Assembly (NCBI GenBank): GCA_039030515.1
Contig: JBCCEA010000004.1
Coordinates: 64,001 to 128,000 of the forward strand
Reading direction: 5' to 3'
DNA from: Myxococcota bacterium
Lineage (GTDB): Bacteria > Myxococcota_A > Polyangia > Polyangiales > Houyiibacteriaceae
DNA: 64,000 bases
In this document: one piece after another, positions 51,531 through 62,393 of the stretch
Layout of the letters: each line of letters opens with the position of its first letter
How positions within the stretch are numbered: the first letter of the stretch is position 1
The notes under the pieces: generated by a model
What the model saw: the letters and a program-made list of their open reading frames with translations, nothing else
Databases searched by the model: none
What the model was told of the DNA's origin: nothing
Translations under genes and position numbers: made by a program

Positions 51531-52423
51531 GAAGCTTCCTCCTGCGAGGCCAACTGGGCTGCAACCGAATTCGGAAATTGCCTCTGCACCCGTTCAAAGT
51601 ATTCATCAGCGCGACCAGGGTTTCCCATGCGTCTATGGCACATGCCCATTTTGAGAAGAGCCTCAGCCACCTTGTTTCCCCGAGGAAACCGCGCGACTAC
51701 CGTACCAAATTCACCGAGCGCGCGGCGGTACTGTCTCCGAGCATAGAGCACTTCTCCTCTCCAGAAATACGCATTGTCGGTGTAAGGATGGTCCGGATAG
51801 GTTCGCACGAAAGAGTCGAGCACCTGAAAAGCTTCGATAAAACGCGCATCGCGAACCAACGCGAGCGCGCTGCGGTACTGCGCCACCGCCGTATCCGGTG
51901 CTGCTGAGGAAGCACGCTGAGAAGCGGAAATTGAAGCTGGGGAACCGGAGGTGACCGGAAGCCTATCGGGAACAGAGGATGGCCGATTCGGCAACACCAA
52001 CGCGTCCGAGTCGAGATCTGTGGGGTGCCCATACAGCCTCAGTAACGGACGAGTCCCTCCCCCGTCATCCGCAAGATGATCGGAAAAATGCGGATCGTTT
52101 TCGTCGAAAGATGCAGTGTCCTCCGAGGATCCAGCGTCCTCCGAGGGTCCGAGATCACGGGATGAACCAGAGCGCTTGGAAGCCTCAGACGATTCGGTCG
52201 AACGGCGAAGATCTCGAGCTTCCGCTCGGAGAAGAGCCATTTGCCCTTCCAGTTCGCGAATTCTCACAAGGCCATCGTCTCGTTGCCGGGTCAGCCGATG
52301 AAGTTGACGCTCGGATCGCGCGCGTGCTTCGGCAAGAGGTGCGGTGCACGACTCCGACGCCTGGGAGGACGCACATGCAGAGCCAAAAAGAAGTGCAAGC
52401 GAAGTGAGAAGCTTATTCACCAT
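51527..52423 (-). CDS. CpoB/YbgF-like TPR lipoprotein
   Basis: Lipobox-like FGSAC; coiled coil; YPDHPYTDNAYFWRGE, FPRGNKVAEALLKMG, QFPNS. Confidence 0.85.
   Translation of the reverse strand: MVNKLLTSLALLFGSACASSQASESCTAPLAEARARSERQLHRLTRQRDDGLVRIRELEGQMALLRAEARDLRRSTESSEASKRSGSSRDLGPSEDAGSSEDTASFDENDPHFSDHLADDGGGTRPLLRLYGHPTDLDSDALVLPNRPSSVPDRLPVTSGSPASISASQRASSAAPDTAVAQYRSALALVRDARFIEAFQVLDSFVRTYPDHPYTDNAYFWRGEVLYARRQYRRALGEFGTVVARFPRGNKVAEALLKMGMCHRRMGNPGRADEYFERVQRQFPNSVAAQLASQEEAS
52118..52150. repeat. In-frame 18-bp degenerate tandem duplication in a linker
   Basis: gtcctccgaggatccagc / gtcctccgagggtcc. Confidence 0.7.
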
Positions 52424-52578
52424 CAAATCAAACCGACCCAACCAGCAGACTATTGAAGCGAGCGGGAGTCCGTCAAAAACTCCGCCGGTACGCAGCGTGA
52501 GCGACATCGGTCGGGGGGCGTCACCGCGATTCGGATCGGAATCGAGCGGCAGCACGTCTCGGCCCGCTCGAACGTCTC

Positions 52579-53526
52579 CTAGACTTCGATCATCGCACCG
52601 AGCGAGCGAAACTTTTGGTACCGCTGCGCCACCAAGCTGTCCGGAGGCACTTCTTGTAGCTCCTCGAGGCTCCTACGCAAACAGCGACCCAGCGCCTCCG
52701 CAGCAGACGCCGGATCTCGATGTGCTCCCCCAAGCGGCTCAGAAACGATTTCATCGGCAATTCCATGCACTTTCGCCTCATGCGCCAGCAACTTCAGTTG
52801 CTCTGAGGCCTCAGGAGCCATCGCTCCATCCCTCCATAAAATCGAAGCGCACCCCTCGGGAGTGATCACGCTGTACGTCGCGTACTCCAGCATGAAAAGG
52901 CGATTGGCGACTCCAAGCGCAAGGGCTCCTCCGGAGCCTCCTTCGCCGATGACGGTTGCGATCACCGGAACGGTCAGTTTCGACATCGCGAGAATAGACT
53001 GACCGATCGCTTCAGACTGCCCACGCTCCTCAGCGCCGATACCGGGATAGGCTCCAGGAGTGTCGATGAAGGTGACTACCGGCCGACGATACCGTTCTGC
53101 AAGCGTCATCAGCCGAATCGCCTTTCGGTATCCCTCAGGATGCGCCATGCCGAAATTTCGAAACTGCCGCTCTCGAGCCGTCCGACCTTTTTGCTGCCCG
53201 ATCACCATCACCGAGCTTCCATCGATTCGCGCAAAACCGCCGACAACCGCTGGATCATCCCGAAACGATCGATCTCCGTGCAACTCGACGAAGTCTTCAA
53301 AGATCATTTGAAGATAGTCTAGAAAGTACGGGCGCTCTGTGTGGCGGCTGAGTTGAACTTTTTGCCATGTAGACAGATCCTCGTAGATCTCTCGCCGAAG
53401 CTGATCGGCGCGTTCCGAGAGAACGAGCAGCTCACTCGCTGTTGCTCCATCGTCGTTCATGGCTTTTAGATGCTGTATTTGCTCCTCAAGTTCGACGAGC
53501 GGTTGTTCAAACTCTAGGTGCGTCAT
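52579..53526 (-). CDS. accA: Acetyl-CoA carboxylase carboxyltransferase alpha
   Basis: LEFEQP, ELHGDR, RNFGM..PEGYRKA, DTPGAYPG, GEGGSGGALA. Confidence 0.97.
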   Translation of the reverse strand: MTHLEFEQPLVELEEQIQHLKAMNDDGATASELLVLSERADQLRREIYEDLSTWQKVQLSRHTERPYFLDYLQMIFEDFVELHGDRSFRDDPAVVGGFARIDGSSVMVIGQQKGRTARERQFRNFGMAHPEGYRKAIRLMTLAERYRRPVVTFIDTPGAYPGIGAEERGQSEAIGQSILAMSKLTVPVIATVIGEGGSGGALALGVANRLFMLEYATYSVITPEGCASILWRDGAMAPEASEQLKLLAHEAKVHGIADEIVSEPLGGAHRDPASAAEALGRCLRRSLEELQEVPPDSLVAQRYQKFRSLGAMIEV

Positions 53527-53717
53527 GACATAGGTAATATCTCTTTAACGCGGTGAATCGATGACGACCACATCCTTTTCCGAGGCGCTGCGCACGAGGC
53601 CCTCGCCACGCACGCAATCGCGGCTCCCGCACCTGGGCCCGCATGACCTGACTCATCCGCAACAGAATTATCATCGCGTGACGTCTCGATGACTTGGGCG
53701 GTCGGTGCGCTACACGT

Positions 53718-55370
53718 TTAGAGGCGTCCTCTCGACGGTGGTGAAGGATCACTCAGAGAGCTTGACGAGCGCTTTTGACTCTGAACGCTGTAGGTCTGTA
53801 TCGGGTGCGACTTGCCCTTGACTTGGGTAGGAGGCAACTGGGTCGCATCGACGTACTCATTGACTCGCCGATAGGTTTCTTCGCTGATGATAATCTGCCC
53901 GGCCTTTGCAACCGAACACAACCTCGCGGCTACGTTGGTAGCGTCTCCGATGACCGTGTACTCGAGGGCCTTGCTGCTACCCAGATAGCCCGCGATCACG
54001 TCTCCTGTATTGATCCCGATACCTACTTGAATTTCATCGACGCCTCGCCCTGCGCGTACTCGGTTCCATTGCTCTAAGACACGCAGCATCTCAAGTGCGG
54101 TCAGCACGGCTCGAAGCGGATCGTCTGAATGGGCGACCGGGCTACCGTAGAGCGCCATGATCTCATCTCCGACAAACTTATCCAGCGTGCCTTCGTACTT
54201 GAAGATAATCTCGACCATCAACTCGAAGTACTCATTCAGCATATCGACGAGTTCTTGAGGAGCTCGGCTTTCACTCATGGCCGTGAATCCTCGGATATCG
54301 ATAAACAAGATGGTGGTTTCTCGTAGCTCCCCACCCTTTCGAACCTCGACCTTGCCTTCCAGTACCTGCTGGGCAATGGCGGGACTGAGCAGTCTTTGGA
54401 AACGCTCTCGAGTCACCGCCTCTGCTTCCAGCTTTTTAGCGTACAAGCTATTTTGAATCGCAATCGCTGCCTGGTTGGCCACGTTCTGAAGCAGTTGAAG
54501 GTCCTTCTCGGTGAATGCGTTCGCGGCGATTTGAGAGTCGATAATGACAACTCCAAAGACTTCACCGGTGTGAATCAGCGGCACCGCCATACTCGACCGT
54601 ATGCCCTGCATGATCACCGAGTGAGCCCCTTGGAACCGGGAATCGACCGACGCATCGCTGGAAAGTACTGCGGCCTTATCTCTCAATACCTCGTTGAGTA
54701 TCGTTGTGGATAAGTTCACCTGTTGCGACGTACCACCCTTACTCCGAACGCATCTTGGCGTGAGCTCTTTCGCGTCCTCAGGGCCGACGTACAGGAGCAC
54801 AACGCCGCGATCTGCGTTGAAGAGCGCGAACGAGGTATCGAGTATTCTTTCGAGAAGTTTGTCCACGTCGAGCTCAACCCCGATCGCGCGGATCACCTCG
54901 TAGCTGGCCCTCAGCTTTTCGTAGTCCCGGCGCAGCGCCAACTCGTCTTGAACGAGTTTTTCCGGCAGAAAGCTGTGATCGATAAGGGGTGCGAGCTTGG
55001 TGCGGATATGACTTTCGATGATCCCCTTGGTCATGGTGACTTGGGAGGCAGGAGGCGCCAACGCCGTTTCTTCCGGGGCACTATTCTCAAAGCCGAGGTA
55101 GATGATCCGGGTTGATCCGAGCTGTATTTCGTCTCCTTTTTGAAGCACACGCGAATGTTCGACTCGCGCTCCGTTCACGTACGTTCCGTTCAAACTGCCG
55201 AGGTCCCGCAGAACGTACCGATCCTCGACGAGATCGATGTGGCAGTGCTCCTTGCTGACGATTCGGTCGAGCACCTGCAGCGTATTGTTCGGATGACGTC
55301 CCACCGTTGTGTGCGGCAGGAGGTCGTGGTCTCGGCGACCATCAACACCGATAATCGTGACACGTGCCAT
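53718..55370 (-). CDS. FHA-GAF class III adenylate cyclase
   Basis: FHA: VGR..VSKEH..SLNGT; FIDIRGFT, DKFVGD, YTVIGDATNVAARL (Lys/Thr pair typical of ATP specificity). Confidence 0.93.
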   Translation of the reverse strand: MARVTIIGVDGRRDHDLLPHTTVGRHPNNTLQVLDRIVSKEHCHIDLVEDRYVLRDLGSLNGTYVNGARVEHSRVLQKGDEIQLGSTRIIYLGFENSAPEETALAPPASQVTMTKGIIESHIRTKLAPLIDHSFLPEKLVQDELALRRDYEKLRASYEVIRAIGVELDVDKLLERILDTSFALFNADRGVVLLYVGPEDAKELTPRCVRSKGGTSQQVNLSTTILNEVLRDKAAVLSSDASVDSRFQGAHSVIMQGIRSSMAVPLIHTGEVFGVVIIDSQIAANAFTEKDLQLLQNVANQAAIAIQNSLYAKKLEAEAVTRERFQRLLSPAIAQQVLEGKVEVRKGGELRETTILFIDIRGFTAMSESRAPQELVDMLNEYFELMVEIIFKYEGTLDKFVGDEIMALYGSPVAHSDDPLRAVLTALEMLRVLEQWNRVRAGRGVDEIQVGIGINTGDVIAGYLGSSKALEYTVIGDATNVAARLCSVAKAGQIIISEETYRRVNEYVDATQLPPTQVKGKSHPIQTYSVQSQKRSSSSLSDPSPPSRGRL

Positions 55371-55536
55371 GGCAGGATCCCGCAGGTGAACGTCGGCGGG
55401 GTCAGGCTGATGCTAGCGATGGGGACGCTTTGAGTAAAGACGAAGTCGGCGCCGTTGCCGGGTGCAGCATCACCTCGCGCATGGACTTGCGGATATCGAC
55501 GCGACCTGTTAGCAAAAGCGCTCATTCGGAGGGTGC

Positions 55537-55779
55537 ATGGCACGCGTTACCGTTGAAGACTGTCTTGAGCATGAAGAAAACCGTTTCGCGCTGGTAATTC
55601 TCGCAGCACAGCGCGCAAGGCAACTCATGAAGGGCGCGCCTGCGCTGGTTCAGAGCAAGAACCGCGAGGCAGTCACTTCGCTCCGAGAGATTGCGGCAAC
55701 ACGGGTGCACTTCAACCGCCCGGTGCGTGAGGTCGTCGACGAATTTATTGTCGACACCAAGAATGCTGAGATCTCCTAA
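55537..55779 (+). CDS. rpoZ: RNA polymerase omega subunit
   Basis: [29 protein letters not shown] upstream. Confidence 0.96.
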   Translation: MARVTVEDCLEHEENRFALVILAAQRARQLMKGAPALVQSKNREAVTSLREIAATRVHFNRPVREVVDEFIVDTKNAEIS

Positions 55780-55818
55780 GCTCAGCACGGTCCAGGTCTA
55801 AGCTCAGCACGGCCTGGT
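55776..55818. repeat. 22-bp tandem duplication starting at the rpoZ stop codon
   Basis: ctaagctcagcacggtccaggt / ctaagctcagcacggcctggt. Confidence 0.9.
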
Positions 55819-55868
55819 TTGATATCTACCGTGTAAAGCGTCGCATCCGACAACGTCAGCGCAGTCCC

Positions 55869-56681
55869 CTAGGCCGTTTCAGCCTTACGGAGCTTGGCGC
55901 TCGCTCCCATGCGGTAGAATCTGCGTAGTTCTCGTTCCAGCTCGGGCAGTCCGCCAGACATGCACAATGTTTCTTCGAGTCGCGCTGTGTATCGATAAGC
56001 GAGCCTATGCGCCGTTCGATACCGAAGCCCTAACTCGCTCGAGGTGGGATCGAGAAACTCTGCTTCCAGAAAAAGCTTGCGGCGCAACCACCGGCTTCTC
56101 TCAAGGATAACGCCCACACCGTTTCCTGACAGGACGCCACTTCTCGATAGGGTGCGGTTGCCGGCACCAAAGTGATCCCTCGATCCGGCACCTTTGGTGG
56201 GTGGCGCATCTTGCCCTGAGCGCACTTCGCTCCCGGAAAGCAAGCCTACCGCATATTTGTCCACCTCCGCCTGCAACTCCAGCTCAAGCTGAGATACCTC
56301 TTCACCGTTGCTCGCTCGAAAAGACAAGTAGACAAAGTGGCTTACACCCTCGGTCACCAGACAGCAGGCGCCAAAACGCTCGGACAAAAGCCAGTCGGTA
56401 GTCCGCTCATAAGACGCGATCGCAGACGCTGCGATGTACAGTCCCACTGAAGTCCCGTCGGCGCTCTCGTGAACGATCAGCACCTCGCCTCGATCCACCT
56501 GGTCACCGACGAGCCGCCTGGCTTGTTCGGCGGAACAGATAAAGTCGCCCACCGGATGAGATACCTCGAGGTCATAAAGCTCACTGAGCCATCGCTGGGT
56601 CATCTCGAGGGCAGCCCCTCCCTGTGCGTTCGACCCACTGTCCGGAGGCACAACCGAACCTCGCTCCTCGCCGGCATCCAT
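55869..56681 (-). CDS. Hypothetical protein with a zincin-like motif
   Basis: 270 aa; TEGVSHF followed by LELELQAEVDKY; 8 bp downstream of the preceding gene. Confidence 0.75.
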   Translation of the reverse strand: MDAGEERGSVVPPDSGSNAQGGAALEMTQRWLSELYDLEVSHPVGDFICSAEQARRLVGDQVDRGEVLIVHESADGTSVGLYIAASAIASYERTTDWLLSERFGACCLVTEGVSHFVYLSFRASNGEEVSQLELELQAEVDKYAVGLLSGSEVRSGQDAPPTKGAGSRDHFGAGNRTLSRSGVLSGNGVGVILERSRWLRRKLFLEAEFLDPTSSELGLRYRTAHRLAYRYTARLEETLCMSGGLPELERELRRFYRMGASAKLRKAETA

Positions 56682-56689
56682 CGACGCGC

Positions 56690-57277
56690 TCAGTGGAGCA
56701 CCTCGTCGTGCTCCTGATTCAGCATGGGGTTGACCCCAAACTCACTGAGTCTGCGAGCAAGGGTTGGACTCTTGGTGCGGCGGTAGCGGTCGTACAGGCG
56801 CACAATGTCCTGAGGTGTTCGCAAGGCGGTCTGTTCTCGAACCTCATCGATACACGCAGCGAGTGCACTGAACTGATCCGAAAGCTCACCATACACCCAC
56901 GAGCTATTCGATCGCCGCCGGGCCCGACTGAGCACCGAGGCCTCTCGATATGCCCGACGTCCCATACAGACTACGTAGGGACGGCTAACCCCTCGATACT
57001 CAAGTGATTCTGGAAACATACCGCATCGCATCAAGGCCGTGTCGCCCATCTGGCGATAACAACGCTGCTTGGCTCGAGCGTTGGGTTCAGAGATCGCGTC
57101 TGCAAGCTGCTCCACCAAGGTGTACCGCGAAGGGTCGACTTCCTGGGTCGTAACCGAAGAGAGCAGGCCCACGAGATAACCGGTACCGTCCTCTGAGATC
57201 GAGACCTCTCGATTTTTGAAAGCCCGTACCAATAGCTCTCGAAAGTACCCAGGAACGTCAGCAGCGGAATGGATCAA
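56690..57277 (-). CDS. Hypothetical all-alpha protein
   Basis: 195 aa; TTG start with AAGGAG upstream; YLVGLL, RQMGDTAL..GMFPESL, MGRRAY. Confidence 0.8.
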   Translation of the reverse strand: MIHSAADVPGYFRELLVRAFKNREVSISEDGTGYLVGLLSSVTTQEVDPSRYTLVEQLADAISEPNARAKQRCYRQMGDTALMRCGMFPESLEYRGVSRPYVVCMGRRAYREASVLSRARRRSNSSWVYGELSDQFSALAACIDEVREQTALRTPQDIVRLYDRYRRTKSPTLARRLSEFGVNPMLNQEHDEVLH

Positions 57278-57402
57278 AGGTTCTCCTTATGTAAACAGGG
57301 TTGGTCGTCTTAAATGGCTTACGTCTCAGAGTAGCGGAACCTCAACCCTCTTCACGGGCGCGGTAGAGGCGAGCTTGAGCACGAACTCTTCGACGCATCC
57401 CG

Positions 57403-57429
57403 TTGGCACTCACTGCCGAACGCTGCCAA
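57403..57429. promoter_or_regulatory. Degenerate second CIRCE element
   Basis: TTGGCACTC-N9-CGCTGCCAA versus consensus TTAGCACTC-N9-GAGTGCTAA. Confidence 0.6.
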
Positions 57430-57514
57430 TCGGTAGTCTCCAGAGCCTACAAAACCCGTAACCGACCGAAGCAAAAGAGAAAAGTGGCTACCAAAATAGT
57501 TGCGAGCTCTCTTG

Positions 57515-57542
57515 TTGACTCTGGAGCACGACGACTTATCGT
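57515..57542 (+). promoter_or_regulatory. Putative sigma70 promoter of groESL
   Basis: TTGACT-N16-TATCGT just upstream of the CIRCE. Confidence 0.5.
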
Positions 57543-57553
57543 TCCAGGCGTCG

Positions 57554-57580
57554 CTAGCACTCGCCCACGGCAAGTGCTAG
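57554..57580. promoter_or_regulatory. CIRCE (HrcA operator)
   Basis: CTAGCACTC-N9-AAGTGCTAG upstream of groES. Confidence 0.88.
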
Positions 57581-57643
57581 CAAAGCTCATTGTGGGAAAC
57601 TCGATTCCCAAAACCATAGGAATTCCAGACGGAGGAAGAGCGC

Positions 57644-57931
57644 ATGGCGATTCGACCGTTACACGACCGCATTTTAGTTCAGCGGGTCGAAGAAGAGACC
57701 AAGACCAAGGGTGGAATCATCATTCCGGACTCGGCAAAGGAAAAACCGATCGAAGGAAAGGTGATGGCTGTCGGCAACGGCAAGGTTAACGACAGTGGCG
57801 AAGTGCGACCCCTAGAGGTCAAAAAGGGCGACCGGATCCTGTTCGGCAAGTACAGCGGGACCGAGGTCAAAATTGACGGTGAAGAGCACCTCATTCTCCG
57901 AGAGGATGACGTACTCGGGGTCGTCGAGTAG
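57644..57931 (+). CDS. groES: Co-chaperonin GroES
   Basis: [35 protein letters not shown]. Confidence 0.99.
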   Translation: MAIRPLHDRILVQRVEEETKTKGGIIIPDSAKEKPIEGKVMAVGNGKVNDSGEVRPLEVKKGDRILFGKYSGTEVKIDGEEHLILREDDVLGVVE

Positions 57932-59596
<1,665 letters not shown>

Positions 59597-59612
59597 TCTG
59601 TTCTAATGATCT

Positions 59613-59654
59613 AAAAAGGGCGGTGTGCGCTTCATGCACACCGCCCTTTTTTTT
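59613..59654 (+). terminator. Rho-independent terminator (likely bidirectional)
   Basis: aaaaagggcggtgtgc-gcttcat-gcacaccgccc-tttttttt. Confidence 0.93.
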
Positions 59655-59803
59655 GCTCTCTGCGCATAGGGCCGCAGAGTCTTTAGAATCGGAGGTCTTT
59701 GGAACCTTAGAGCATACTTCGGTGCTAAGCAGACTTCGACTTTTGCCGGATTACGGACACTGCCGACGCTGCTACTGAGACCCCGCCGGTTCGGCCAGCG
59801 CTG

Positions 59804-62263
59804 CTAGGTCGGCCGGACGAGCGCAAGAAGCGCTCCGATGCGATCTTCGTAATCTATCGGGTCTTCTCGCACAACGGACGCATGAAGCTCTTCCAGCGCC
59901 GAACGAAGCCGCCCAATGGTTCCGGCGTCTCTTCTGGCCCTCGATTCCTCGAGGTTTCGGCTGCGGGATGCGAGCTGGGATTCAAACGAACGACGGGCCT
60001 CTCGTTCATGCAGCAGGTCCTCATCGAGCCGAGACACGCGCTCCTGCATTTCGAGAAGCTCTCGATTGAGCTCTTCCGTATCTTCGTCATGCTCAGGGAC
60101 CTCACTGAAGCGACGTTCCAGGGAGGCGATTCGGTGATTTTTCTCTTCGAGCTCCACGGTCAAAGAACGAAGCGTCGTCTCCCGATCTGCATGCTCTTGC
60201 TCGAGAACATGGTTCCGCTGTCGCAGAGAGTCGATGTCTCCACTTTCTCTCTGTAGTGTAGAAACCTGCTCACGAAGGCGGGAGAGTTCCTCTTCGACAG
60301 AGGAATCTGCACGTTCGCGTAGACTCTGCTCCGGCGGTCCGTGCTCCTGATATCTCTGTTCTTCTGCAGCCGCGGACTCCAGACCTATCGAGCCAAACTC
60401 TCCGAGGGAGAGCTGAGGGTCTAGGCTGGGCGATTGAAGCAATAACGAGAGAGACGCACGCGACTCCACCAGAGCAGATACCGCGTCATCTCGGTGCTGA
60501 CGCAAAAGCTCGAACTCGGAAGGATCAGGACGCTCTGCCAACTCCTCGCGAAGCCCCATAACTTCTTCGCGCTCCTTTTGCAGCAAGCCCTCGAGCGCGG
60601 CATCAGCAGACGGTGGATTCACAGATTCAGACCGATTCGCCTGCACAAAAGAAGACCGCTCTCGGTCGCGTAGACGAAGGCGAAGGCCCTGGAGCTCACC
60701 CTCCATGCCGGCAATGCGTTCATTGGTCTGCGTGAGCTCTTTGGATCGCGGAGCCCGCTGCCATGCCCGCGACAAATCCGACTGTAGTTCTGAGATCCGC
60801 TGCAGAAAACCTCTTCTGCTGCCGGCGAGTCGAAGCTCGACAGCCGCTTTTTCTTCCTCTTGTTTGCGCAACATTTCTTCGACGTTGCGACCGCGGATCG
60901 TTTCCAACTCCAACCGCGAGTCCGACTCGTGCAAAGTCGCCTGAAGCTCTTCCAGTCGACGCGCAACCTCGGTCAGCTCAGACCTCGCTTGATCCAGCGC
61001 GCTGCCCTTGGCTCCTAGCAGTTTTTCCAGCTCCGCATTGCGAGCCTTAAGTCCTTGGTTGGCCCCATCGAGCTCCGCTTCCCGGCGCTGCCACGATTGC
61101 GTGGCCTCAGTCGGCATGGCCTTGGCCCGAACCTCATCGAGCTGGTAGGAGATTTCTACGCGTTCTGCCTCGGCCTTCACCGCACGCTGCGTGGCCTGCT
61201 CCAGGAGAAGGCCCTGAGAGCCATCGGCCCAAGCCCTGCGCTCTTCCAGCAGATCTCGAACCAGAGTCCCCCGACGCTCCAACTCGTGGCGCAGCGACTT
61301 ATTGGAACGAACCTGATCGGCGAAAGAACCCTCCATCTTCAGGTAGGCGGCGTGGGCAGATGCCAACTCTGCATCGTCCTTATGCTCTTCCAGTTGCTGG
61401 CGTAGCCGAGATGACTGCTTCTCCTGATCGGCCACCGCACATTCGAGGGATTCGGCATGCTCGTGAGCCGCATCGAGTTCCAAGCGAAGTTCGTCGAGCT
61501 GCGCACGCAGGTCCTCAACTTCATGTCCGCGCGCCAAAGCGTGATCCTTCTGAACTGGCTTTGGCTCAGGTTGGGCAGCGGTCGAAACCGGAGCAGCGGT
61601 CGAACCCTGCACGGCGGTCGAACCCTGAACTATGGTAAACGCAGGAAACTGAGGTGGTGCTCCGGCAGACCCAAAGCCCAAGTACCAAAGCGGGTCGGGC
61701 ACCGTTTCCGCGAGACTGCCGTCGACCACAACCTCGCGCACCGACGTTTCGCGAAAGGGAGCGATCGCGTGACCATCGAACGCGGAAACGCCGGCCGCTT
61801 CGACATTCCATCGATCCCCCTCGGTAAGAAGACCCCAAAAATCTTCGAAACTGAGGGTTTCTGCCGCATTCGGCCCGCGAGTCCCAGCGACCACCAAGCC
61901 GTCTCCGGCAGCGCGCCGCAACTCACGAAAGCGATCGCTTCGCTCTGCACCGTCGAACACGTCTAAGTCGGGTATCACGACCAGCTCGAAACTGCCCTCG
62001 CGGAACCCAAGTCGACCGGGCCTTAGGGCGGAAACCCGCAGCCGGTCTGAACTCTGCCCCCTACGAGTCGAACGCAAACCTTGATTCGAACGCAAACTTT
62101 GATTCGAACGCAAACCCTGAGTCGGATCGAGGCAGCGAACGCTCCTCGCGATCTCCGCCAGCGTTCGGACTCCTGCGCGTGAAGGTCCTATCCAAAGGAC
62201 TCGACGGGATGCAGACAGATCACTGAGATACGTGGCAAGCGCACGCTCGAGGCGTTGTTCCAT
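59804..62263 (-). CDS. Degenerate methyltransferase-like N-domain followed by a long coiled coil
   Basis: RRVLWIGP, LGFREGSFELVV; then about 550 aa of E/L/R/Q heptads; ATG 62263 with AGGA upstream. Confidence 0.75.
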   Translation of the reverse strand: MEQRLERALATYLSDLSASRRVLWIGPSRAGVRTLAEIARSVRCLDPTQGLRSNQSLRSNQGLRSTRRGQSSDRLRVSALRPGRLGFREGSFELVVIPDLDVFDGAERSDRFRELRRAAGDGLVVAGTRGPNAAETLSFEDFWGLLTEGDRWNVEAAGVSAFDGHAIAPFRETSVREVVVDGSLAETVPDPLWYLGFGSAGAPPQFPAFTIVQGSTAVQGSTAAPVSTAAQPEPKPVQKDHALARGHEVEDLRAQLDELRLELDAAHEHAESLECAVADQEKQSSRLRQQLEEHKDDAELASAHAAYLKMEGSFADQVRSNKSLRHELERRGTLVRDLLEERRAWADGSQGLLLEQATQRAVKAEAERVEISYQLDEVRAKAMPTEATQSWQRREAELDGANQGLKARNAELEKLLGAKGSALDQARSELTEVARRLEELQATLHESDSRLELETIRGRNVEEMLRKQEEEKAAVELRLAGSRRGFLQRISELQSDLSRAWQRAPRSKELTQTNERIAGMEGELQGLRLRLRDRERSSFVQANRSESVNPPSADAALEGLLQKEREEVMGLREELAERPDPSEFELLRQHRDDAVSALVESRASLSLLLQSPSLDPQLSLGEFGSIGLESAAAEEQRYQEHGPPEQSLRERADSSVEEELSRLREQVSTLQRESGDIDSLRQRNHVLEQEHADRETTLRSLTVELEEKNHRIASLERRFSEVPEHDEDTEELNRELLEMQERVSRLDEDLLHEREARRSFESQLASRSRNLEESRARRDAGTIGRLRSALEELHASVVREDPIDYEDRIGALLALVRPT
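61575..61628. repeat. In-frame 18-bp triple tandem repeat (VQGSTA)
   Basis: gcagcggtcgaaaccgga / gcagcggtcgaaccctgc / acggcggtcgaaccctga. Confidence 0.88.
62068..62121. repeat. In-frame 18-bp triple tandem repeat (QGLRSN)
   Basis: tcgaacgcaaaccttgat / tcgaacgcaaactttgat / tcgaacgcaaaccctgag. Confidence 0.92.
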
Positions 62264-62393
62264 GGTTCCTGACACAGGCGTCGTCACTATAGTCGGCGCA
62301 CAAGCCTCAGCCAACGTTCGACATGGCTCACCGAAAGAATTTGATCAGAGCGACACCAGAGCAACGCCAAATGAATCGGTCTACACTGTGCAC

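Noticed and set aside
59678..59745. Weak 16-17 bp direct repeats after the groEL terminator (also ggact-like repeats after valS near 28146-28180)
   Set aside because: Too degenerate to separate from chance; they may be old duplications but were not counted.
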